A stretch of DNA of 64,000 nt, from the NCBI GenBank assembly GCA_951406725.2, contig OX597814.1:25792001-25856000 (forward strand), read 5' to 3'. The stretch comes from Octopus vulgaris. Its lineage: Eukaryota. Each line of letters starts with the position of its first letter. Position 1 is the first letter of the stretch. The notes beneath the pieces are model-generated. The model made no database searches, was not told where the DNA came from, and saw nothing but the letters and a program-made list of their open reading frames with translations. A program made the position numbers and the translations under genes. Shown here piece after piece: positions 53,375 through 64,000 of the stretch.

Positions 53375-56300
53375 CTTGTAACAACTTAGTGAATATCCTC
53401 GTGCACTTTTGGGGTGCACAAAGCAATCACTAGCCGTTGCTTTAATAATCCAGAATTCTACCAGTCAGAAACAACAAGACGCAGACGTAAAATATATATA
53501 ACTACTTTATTCTCTTATTTGGTGAGTGATCAGTGGTATATCTGATGTCCTTGGTTCTGGGCGCGCAAGGCTGAAAGTTAATGGATTGTAATATTTACAA
53601 TGTTCAGCCGCTAAAAACAGAACGGGTCAAAGATGGCGTCCAGAACAGGGAAGATGAATGTGGTCGGCAACAATTTGGTGAAAACCTTCGGCCGACTGCT
53701 ATCAGAGCTGGACAGCAAGAAAAATATACGTCCGTCTCCTTCGTCGCTGCGGTCCCAAGTCATTGGCTGCTGCTGCTAGCGGTCAAACGTTCTACGACCC
53801 CCTTGCCTCGCTAACTACCACGTAGGCAAAAGGGTCGTGCTACCGGTGGTTCGCGCATGCGCGAGAGGGCCCTTCCTTTCTGTGCCTTGGTGAAGGCACC
53901 AACACTCGCACGCGCGAAATAGAAAATGGACGGTGCGCGCGCGCGCACCGTTATAGGATCACTACGCATATATATTATTCAATAAGCTACACTATATAGT
54001 TTGGCACTATCAAATATAATGATTGAAAATAAGTACATTACAACTTAAATTGTCTCGATTTTCACCCTGCTCTTATCACCCATCATAGACGGGTAAGTTT
54101 GCTAGTTCTAATAATTATCGGTTCAGCATGAATATTAGTTTTTCTAGAATTTTGCTCCTGGAATACATAAATGTCAGGAAGTTGTCCTCGAACTTTCAGC
54201 TGATGAGGTGAAGGCTTTACTAATATTAGTTTCAAATTTTGGCACAAGGCAGTAATTTCAGGGGAGGGGTTAAGTCGATTACATCAATTGATGGTATTAC
54301 TCAGGTAGGGGGTAGTGGTGGTGGGACAGGGGCAGGGGCAGAAGGAGGAGGTCAAGCATGTCCCTTTAGAAGGGTACAGGCCACCCTATTCCTTCTGCTA
54401 AAATTATCTCTGGGTGCCAAAGTTACCTCAAATGATAGAATTTTTCTGAGGGGAAGGGGAGGGACTAAACATATTCAAATGGTGCTTATTTTATCGACCT
54501 CAAAAAAGATGAAAGGTAAAGTCAGTCCCACCAAAATTTGAACTCAGAATGTAAAATAGATGAAATGCCACTAAACCCTTTGTCTGGTGTGCCACTCATT
54601 CTGCCAGCTCTTCTCATATTAGACAATGAACCTATTTGCGCAGGTGGTCAACTTGTCAGTAATTTGGGTGAAATAAGGGTCATATTCTTGCCACCAATAG
54701 TACCTTGATGATCCTATCAATGGATTGAAATATAATTTTAACCTTCAAAGAATCATACTTTCAAAGGTATTTGGCCAAAGTATCATAGTGGTATGAGGGG
54801 ACGATCTTGGGGAAGATATATAGACAAAGAACTCTCAGTAACATCAAACTAAAACACCATGTCTGCAATATTAAATTTTACAGATTTGTGGGTTTGACTA
54901 CTCCCTTTCTTGTTAGTGCTTCAAAGAAAGAAATTTCTTTATGATGTGGAAGTACAATATGAGGTACAATATGAATTTGAAAGAGTCAAGATAAGAGGCT
55001 TTCTCTATACACCATAGAAAGTAGAAGAAACAAAAATCTCAGAAAATTTCATGATAGTTTTTAAATCTTTGTCTTGAACTGAAATAAGTTGGCTGAAAAG
55101 ACTATGTGAGCAGCTAATGTATCCTTCATATTTTGCACCTATGATTTATATAGTGTACCAAACCTTTTGCAAGCCATGCAGCAAATTTGTTGACACTTAA
55201 AACATTAAACACATTCTTAAAAACCAACATGAAATTTTAAGTGTGCTTTAGTAATATTTGGCATGTTTTTTTTTGTTTTCTTTTTCTTGTGGGGAAAATT
55301 ACAATGAACTATGTCGTCTGAAAAGTTGGAAACTTAGTCTTTTGATAAAATCTCAGTCGAACAGGTATTGACAAAGTTATCTTTGAAAGACTGATATTCT
55401 ACAACTAGACAAGTAATTTTCTTCATACATTCTTAGATTTCACCTCAATGTTGTGTGAGTACTTTTATTCATTTATTTTATTCACTTTCATTTTTTTTTT
55501 AATTAATATCATGATTGGTAAACAATAGAGTTTTTGGTTATAGGTTTCCAATGTGCCAATCCCTGGTTCACTGTATTTTCAATAATGAAAATGACAAGAG
55601 ATTGTCTGTGTAACTTAGAGCAGAACAAATATCACCATTTTTTGCAGGGAGTGAGGTTATCAATGTTTCCATCCTTCAATATACACATATATACACATGT
55701 ATGCACACATACACACGCAAACACACAACACACAACACTCAAATATAAACTGATAAAAACATACACAAATACATACATGGATATATACATGTATAGATAC
55801 ATACATACATACATGCATACAAGACATAAAACAATATATACATACATTTGTGTGTATGTGTGTGTGGACATCTGTTTATGTAAAGAGAAGCAGCTTTTCT
55901 TTCAAACAAATTGTATTAAAGATACAACTGTGTTCAAGTTTTATCATATTTCTTAATCATTTCTCTTGGAATGTTGGCATTCTTATGTCCATTAAACTTT
56001 ACTGGTATTGGTTTCATCATCCCAAAGAAATGATCATAGTTTGACGTTTCCTTCACACACTTTTCAGTAGCCTGCAAAGTATCATGTGAATACTATTTTA
56101 ACTAACATAATCATCAACTCCAGATTTAATATAGTTCAATGGTTAATTTCTGCTAGATTTCAAGGTATGTTTCATATGCACCCTGAGTCTTGATTTTCAG
56201 TTTGTATTTTGCTGCTAATAAATATGTTTGTAGGATTTTTAACATAAGAAAGTAGTACTATTAACTGTTTTCTACCTAATTTGTTTTCCTTGCATTGTGT

Positions 56301-56838
56301 TATAATATGTTGTGAAGATTCCGTGTTCTAAATTTATGATCAACTGATGAAAAAGTATTGTTTTTGTGTGTCTGATGAAACAGTTTGTCATGAGGTTTAC
56401 AACTTTTGTATCTACACTGAAATTTGATTATTATACTTATTGTTATAAATACATTCTAGAATTTGCCAGTTTGTTGCTTCATATTGATGTAAATCCTTTT
56501 GAATCTGGTGCTTTTGCAATACATTCTTACTGCAAGACTATTGTTAAATATGATGCTAGTTGTGTTCTGTCTTATGGAATTTTTAATGACATATTTACCC
56601 ATTCTCTAACCAGGTTTTACTTAGTTCATAGTATATAATATGTGATTTATACAGTTTTATGAAGGAGTGCACATGTTATATCTGTGTAAGTGAATTTGTA
56701 TTTGTATTGTTCTTTAGCTTGGAATGCCAATCTGCATTTGAGTACCTGGTATCAACAAGATTTTGTTCTGCTAGTAATTTTTTGTGTAAAGCTTCTTTAA
56801 GGGAAGAGAAGCTCACCTTCCTCTTTTTCTCTGCACAC

Positions 56839-56839
<1 letters not shown>

Positions 56840-56912
<73 letters not shown>
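56840..56912. repeat. (ATCT)n microsatellite
   Basis: Directly visible. Confidence 0.97.
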
Positions 56913-56913
<1 letters not shown>

Positions 56914-56923
56914 CCAATATATA

Positions 56924-58171
56924 TAGGGATGTTCGGAAAGTAATTGTGTTTTACCAGATGGTATATAAAAACGAATGTAAACTACATTTATCTGAATAAT
57001 TTTAATTGAGAATACAATCACCAGTGTTTTCAACAATTGCAACCCAGCATGAAAGTAATTTTTTTGTGCCATATTCAAAGAAAACTATTTTTTTTCTTGA
57101 AAAATGTCTGAAAGACTGTTTTCAACTTCCTCTCTGTTTCTGGATGTTTTGCCTCTTATAAAATGTTCAAGATATTAGAACAGATGGAAATCCATAGGAG
57201 CTAAGTCAGGTGAGTATGGAGAATGGGGAAGAACTTCCCATCCTGATGGTCTTATATATTCTTGGGTTTGTTTTGAAGAATGGTGTCATGCATTGTCATG
57301 CTGGAGAGCGATTCTTTTTCTCTTTACAAAAGCTGGCCCCTTTCGATGTAATTTTTCATTTCCATAATCTGCATTAATGGTCCTTACTTGTTCCAGTAGC
57401 TCATAAAGGACAATACCTTTCATGTTCCATTAGAGCAAAGATTTTTGTAGATGGTGTTCTAGTTTTGGTCTTGACACTGGCCTCTCACTACATGATAACC
57501 CTTGTCTCTTTTGTTTTCTGTTGTGATGCAAAACCCATTTTTCCTCACCAGTAACAAAGCACTACAGAAATGAGAGATTGTTGTTCCTGGTTCAAACATT
57601 GCTGCAGATGGTTGGACATTGTGTTTGGTTCTCATGTGTAAGCACATATGGAACCCAAATTCCCTCTTTGAATGTTTTCCCCAATTTGCTTGAGATGTTC
57701 ATGGATAATTGAACATGATACATTAATTTTTTGTGTTAAATCTCTGGTGCTTTGACGTGGATCTGATACAATAGTCTCATTCAAAAGGTCATCATTCAGA
57801 GTGGGTTGTTTACAGAGCAAGGCTTGTTGAATATTTCACAATCACCATCTTTAAAACTTTTAAACCACAGCTGACATGTACAACCTTTCACTGCATCTGA
57901 ATACACTTCACAAATATTTTTCATTACTTCTGTAGTGGTACTTTTCTTTCAAAAATTCATACAGAAAGCAATGATGAATATGTTGTTTCATAAAGTTCTT
58001 GTAGTCCATGAGGTTAATTGCCAAAATAACTACGAATGACACACTGCCAAATAGAGGAGATGATATACTATTTCTATGTAGTTTCTTCCCATTTGACCTT
58101 GTCTCTGATGTGAATAGTTAATTCGTATTTCATAGTGGTGAAAAAACTGCAATACTTTCCGAACGCCCTAA
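56924..58171 (-). mobile_element. Mariner (DD34D-type) transposon, decayed
   Basis: TIRs TAGGGATGTTCGGAAAGTA and TACTTTCCGAACGCCCTA. Minus-strand motifs VLPHSPYSPDLAPMDFHLF and DPRQSTRDL..VSCSIIHEHLKQIG. Confidence 0.9.
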
Positions 58172-58221
58172 TGTGTGTGTATTACACATGCATGCATACA
58201 TTCATACATTTATACATACAT

Positions 58222-58300
<79 letters not shown>

Positions 58301-58307
58301 AGTAAGC

Positions 58308-58662
58308 GAACCATCCGATCGTGGCCGTTGCCAGCGCCGCCCCGACTGGCCTCTGTGCCGGTGGCACGTAAAAAGCACCATCCGTTCGTGGCCATTGCCA
58401 GCCTCGCCTGGCCCCCGTGCCGGTGGCACGTAAAAAGCACCATCCGTCCGTGGCCGTTTGCCAGCTCCGTCTGGCATCTGTGCGGGTGGCACGTAAAAAA
58501 CACCCACTACATTCACGGAGTGGTTGGCGTTAGGAAGGGCATCCAGACGTAGAATCACTGCCAGATCAGACTGGGCTGATGCAGCCTTCTGGCTTCACAG
58601 ACCCCAGTTGAACCGTCCAACCAATGCTAGCATGGAAAGCGGACGCTAAATGATGATGATGA

Positions 58663-58665
<3 letters not shown>
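58308..58665 (+). mobile_element. RTE-type 3' UTR element with three tandem hairpin units
   Basis: CpG-intact copy of the family seen at 18700-19132. Confidence 0.88.
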
Positions 58666-58701
<36 letters not shown>

Positions 58702-59809
58702 CATATATACATACACAATAAGCTTCACCGCATTTTCTGCCAATCAAATTATACTCATAAAGTGTAGGTCAGCTTAAGGCTATGGAGGAAGAAACCTGCC
58801 CAAGGTAGCATACATGGAATTAAAACTGTAATTGCATGATTGTCAAGTGAACTTAACCATGTAGCCATGCTTGTGCTTGATTGTACCAAACTTTGTTAAA
58901 AGCTCTTCTAATGTCCAGAGCTATTGCACATTATTCTTGACCCATGTCAAGATAACTATCCTTAATATGAGAAAAAATAGCAAGAGAGTTTGTAGCTGTT
59001 TCTAAGGAAACCATATTTTTTGCTTGATGTGAAATGATTTCTAAGAAAATAAGCTTATAGTCATTTTATTTTTGTTTATTTTTGTTCCTTTTTTCGTGCA
59101 CAGTTGATCCATTACCTTACTAACCATTCTAAGCAAGGTTATTAAACAGTCTTTCCTTCTCTTTTGAGAGAATTTCCATTTATCTAATGGTATTTTTGTT
59201 ATCTCTTGTTATCACAATAAATCTTTTTGTTTGGAAAACTTTATGAAAAAATATGTCAGAAACAAACAACATAATTGCCATATGTCATTGCATTGCCATA
59301 TGCAGTTTCATTGTATACAATAATAGGGATGTCAAAGTAGAAAGAGAATTTGTTCTGCCACATCCTGCTGTTAAGCTTGTTGCATGTCAAGTGTTTTCTC
59401 AGTTTAGACTTGTATATTTTTTCATCTGACTCACTGCTTAATTGTGGTTGCACATTGCTAGCACAAACATACTCCTTCACAGGAGTTTCACACTTAACTA
59501 ATTTACTGAAGAAGCTTATTTCCTATTCTAGCCCTTCTGCATTCATTGTTAAATCAAGCTTTCAAAATTGTATTCTGAATGAATGATTTTACTTCACATG
59601 TATTTTCAGAATACATATGAAAATTAAGTACATATCTTATTTGGGTATTGGCTTCAATATTTCCACCCAGTGACCTTGCATACCTCAGAAGCTGGCTTTG
59701 TCATTGCACTACACATTTTTTTTTAGCATATTTTGTCCTAGAGTGCAACACATGGTTATGACATGAATACCTGCAACCATTAATGTTATGAACTCATCTA
59801 TCAGTAACA

Positions 59810-59861
<52 letters not shown>

Positions 59862-61226
59862 AAGAAATCGGAAGGATAGAGGAATAAATAATTATATTAT
59901 GAACTCCATTAGTTTGCAGTTGTTTCTGCTATAAGATGCAATGCACTCATAGTTGAGTGCTTGAATATCACCCTTCAGCTTCAGCAGAGTGCTTCAAATT
60001 GTGGAGCATATGTGTGTTGAGTTCTAACACCAGGTTATTAGTATCACAATACCTAAGTGAAATACTAATATATATATACATATATATATATAAAGTCACC
60101 CTCTCTTCTATTAACTGTATTTTACTGTCAGTATCACCAATTATTTTAGTAAATCTCTCTTCTCTGCACTATGCTTACAGTATAACTAGGGATGCTACTG
60201 AATCTCTTTCTCTCTCATTTCCCAACACTCATGTTATCTCATCATTATCACTCTACCCCTTGCTAACCCACTAAGGCCAATGTATGAGAGGTTGCATCAG
60301 GTCTGCTTGTACCCATACATTCTATCATTACCCTTCCTGTGCTCCCACATAACCAGGCTATTTGTTATTGACATCTGTCATCCAGTCTTACCATTTACTC
60401 ACCTGTGATAGTATCCACCATACTAACTCTTCCTCTATCGCTTTCCCACTTTAATCACCATTTCTAACATGATATTCTTGCTCTGTACTCCCTTCCCTCT
60501 GTTTGGTTTATCTTCTGTGATTGCTCTCTCACCTATCTACCTTCTCAGTCATAATGTAATGAGAATCTTTAATCTTATCAGGTACAAATCCAGCCACTTA
60601 GTATTGATGCCATGATAAAATGTATTCAGTACACTCAATAGAATTGTTAGTGAATGAGAAGAGAGAATGTGGAACCATGAAAACTCTTTCATCTTGTCAA
60701 TGACATAACCACAATTAATGTATCCAGTATATTCTGAAACGTAGTTGATGATTGGAAGGACACTCAGTCATAGAAACCAGACCAAGTAAGGAACATATAA
60801 GTAAAAAATAGTCCTTTAAAACTCATCTAGAAGGACAATAACTTTCAATAAGACACAGACTGAGATAACTCATCTAATACATGCCAGCATGGAAGGTAGA
60901 TATAAACTGATAAAGATGATGGCAATAAGCTCGATGATGATGATGATGTGTGCATACATATGCACATGTGTGTGCACACACACAAACCTTATATCATCAT
61001 GATGGTCACGCCCTTCGATTTTGACATGGAAGTGTTTATATAGAAGAGGATCTAAAGTTAAAGAAGAGAAAAAAGTGGGAAAAAAGATAACCAACTTTTA
61101 AATGAAAAATAAAAGAAGCTTCATCTATTTGCAATGGATGCATGAATGCAATTTGAGTCCAGGAATGGATTTCACTATGAAGTCACAATGGGAATAATGA
61201 TGGTTTTGATTTTACTTCGGATTGGG

Positions 61227-61499
61227 CTAATGTGTCTGTTGATTACAGGACATAATTCTTCTATTGTTCTTTTTCTTCAATTCAAATTGATTTGATGCAT
61301 TGCAATACATTTTAAACCATGTAGATTGATCTAGACAATAACTTTCCCAAGATATCAAGTTAAGCTGTAGAGATTTTAGTGGTCGTTTCAACCTATCCTG
61401 ATACCTAAGAACAGGTCTTCCTTTGCCACAATATTTCTCTGTCTGTTGGCCATATTTTTTCCATATGATTGAAAATGATAATTCTTCAAATAAAAGCAT
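61227..61499 (-). pseudogene. RTE-BovB-like ORF C-terminal remnant
   Basis: GKGRPVLRYQDRLKRPLKSLQL..WESYCLDQSTW matches the RTE GRPxxRYxDxLK..W...DRxxW pattern. Confidence 0.7.
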
Positions 61500-62970
61500 G
61501 ACAAAAAAGACACCAATTTTATATAGATAAAATAGAGCTCATGAACATTTCACATGGATATCAAATATAAATGTGCCAGAGTTGAAGAGAATGTAGTGAG
61601 CATGATCTTTACTCCTCCTCTTCATCATCATTTTACATCTGCTTTCCTTGCTGGCATGGGTTGAGTTCTTATGTTTGGAGTCACCTCTCTTTGGAAGCAA
61701 ATGCTCTCAAAAATTAGAAGTTTAGCTTGAATTCTATAGTTGGACACCTTTCCTAGTGTCAATCACTTTACAGAGTAAAAGGAGCATAACTGAGTTGAGA
61801 ATGCAGCTAGGCATGTCCTGGCCAGAGTGAGCAAAGAAGATTACTTTATACAGAGCCATCTTAATAGCATTATAGTCTCCTGGGCAGATCAATACATTGG
61901 CCCCTACAGTATACATTTATTGACAGCAAAGCACAGTAGACATAGACCTATCAGGTCCTAGACCCCTGCTCAGTGTGCCCATGCCTTTAAACAGTACTGT
62001 ACTAGTTGCTGTTCTCATTTAACCATAGATCAGCCCTAATTGCACAGGTCTATTATCAAATGTCTAGTTTCTTTTTTCCTTAAGATAGTAGCAGGTAATT
62101 TGAGGGAAATTTGGTTACAGTATCTAGCAGGAAAGTGACTATGTAGAAGCTTTGCTTACATTGACATGTGTTGTTTAAAGTGAATGAGTCCTACATGAAT
62201 TAGTGCCATGTGCTGTTTTGGCATGCTGATGCCATGTAAAAAGTGCTCAGTGCACTCCATAAAGTGGTGGGCATTAGGAGGAGTATCCAGCCATAGAAAT
62301 CATGCCAAAACAGACAATCAGAACCTGGTGCAGCTCTCTAGATTATCAGCTCCTGTCAAACTATCCAATGCATGCCAGTGTGGAGAACAGGCATTAAGTG
62401 ATAATGAGGGTATGATAACGATAAGGTTGCTCCAATGACACTAGCCCTCTCAGAAGTAATGACAAAAGAGTAAGATGAGTGATGATATATTGTATAGCAT
62501 ACCTTTCAAACCCACACCAGCAATATTGTTGATAAGAATGCCATTAAGGTTGCTGCTGCTGCTACTGCTGATGCAGATGATGACGATGATGATGCTGTCA
62601 ATGACATGATATATTCTTGATCATGATATATTCTTTACAAGATTAAATATATCTTGGTGCTGATATCTATATTAAACTTTGATTTTTTTTTTTTAAGAAT
62701 GTCCCCCATTCAAGCAGTTTTTTTTCTGCATCTGTTTCCATAAAATTTTGATCAATAATTTTCATAATATTTTGACCTTCCTTCTCTTTATAAAAAATAT
62801 ATATTTATCATGTTTTTTTTTTTTTAAATTTCACAGCATACATTTTACAATATATTATCTATTTAAACCTGAAAACTTCATTATTGTTTGTTTTCTTTTC
62901 GTTTTTATATTTTTTAATCTAAATTTTATAAAGATGATATTCGATAGCCAGTGTTTGAAAAGTATTTTTA

Positions 62971-63003
<33 letters not shown>

Positions 63004-64000
63004 CATAAAAGTTTTGGTTTTTCTAACTCCAAAGATGTATTTCTAAGTAGCATGCAACAAAGGATGTCATCAATTGAAAGAGAAACGAAGGAGAGAAAGG
63101 TGAGACTAAAAGAACGTTGGAGGGGGCAGTGAGAGTGATAGAATGATATATTAGAGACTCTTCTCATCCATATTTGCCAGTCAACGTATTGGCTTTATTC
63201 ATTCTGATTGGTTGTATTTTCTCATTTTTTAAAAGTTTTTTTTTTTTATTATTATTGTGTGTTTATTTTCATATGTATGAAGTCTTAATCCTATTTATTC
63301 ACAGGATGTTGAATTAAGATCTTGAGATATTCATGGAAATCATTTATATATATATATGTATGTATGTGTGTACGTGTGTGTGTATACATATATCATATAT
63401 CCTCTATCCTATATCATATACATATATATATGTATTAATATATAAGTATATATATAAATGTATTTATGTATATATATATATATATATATAAATGTATGTG
63501 TATGTATCTAAAGATATCTAAGTTATATATGCATGTATATAGGTGCATCTATATATGTATGTGCATGTTACAGTATATACTTGTATGTATATACACACAC
63601 GTAGAAATAAAATCTGATATCTTATTATTAGGTTTTCAATATCATTGAGTTGTTTGTTTGTTATCACCATATTTTTGTGACTACCATTACTACTCTTAAT
63701 ACTCCGTCAGCTTTCACTTAATTCAAATAATCTTATTATAGTTTGATTTGGTTAAATACTTTATATATTTTTCTCAATTTTTGAAATATACAGCTATAGT
63801 CATATCTGTCAGCCTTATTTCCTATTCATGTATATTCACAGTTAGAGAATGTGTCTCTGCAACTTGCAATGATAATACGTGTATGTGGATGTGAGATTTT
63901 GTTTGTATATGCAAGTTTGTGTGTAAGTGCATATGTGAACGATAATTTGTGTGTGTATGTGTGTGTGTGTGTGTGTGTGATGCTATAATAAGAAGGTGAA

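Larger units (their letters stand above)
51237..53966 (-). mobile_element. Non-autonomous LTR retrotransposon (Gypsy-like, TRIM/LARD type)
   Basis: ~590-bp LTRs at 51237-51827 and 53377-53966, with about 5 differences by eye. TG..CA ends (one mutated), CATA TSD, PBS and PPT. No gag/pol ORF. Confidence 0.95.
50031..54105 (+). mobile_element. Helitron deletion derivative interrupted by an LTR element
   Basis: A|TC start at 50031 or 50040, a RepHel helicase C-terminal fragment, then hairpin ACCCATCATAGACGGGT and CTAG|T at 54102-54106. Confidence 0.85.

Noticed and set aside
58308-58510. CRISPR-like repeat/spacer appearance
   Set aside because: Eukaryotic context, the 'spacers' are homologous to one another, there are no cas genes, and the array is part of an RTE-type tail.

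Overview
AT-rich eukaryotic DNA, dense in microsatellites and almost entirely intronic or intergenic. The SINE and RTE-tail families resemble ones I recall from octopus/cephalopod genomes, which is an inference. I found no intact long ORF, and most ORF-track entries are microsatellite translations. The window is a mosaic of mobile elements. There are three non-autonomous Helitrons sharing a 3' end, and a RepHel-fragment Helitron hosting a young non-coding LTR retroelement with a perfect tRNA-Trp PBS, a PPT and a 4-bp TSD. It also holds decayed DD37D (maT), mariner and hAT transposons, Penelope-like (PLE) RT and GIY-YIG fragments, RTE LINE fragments, tRNA-SINEs and foldback elements. One or two small candidate exons point to an unidentified + strand gene. 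Four observations stand out: (1) a tRNA-headed short element with a minimal hammerhead core and a PLE-style inverted end; (2) two PLE endonuclease fragments with a long in-frame Asn/Ser tract just before the YIG-equivalent motif; (3) three separate short inverted copies of nearby sequence, one including a candidate exon-intron junction; (4) arrays of double-hairpin units in RTE-type 3' tails.
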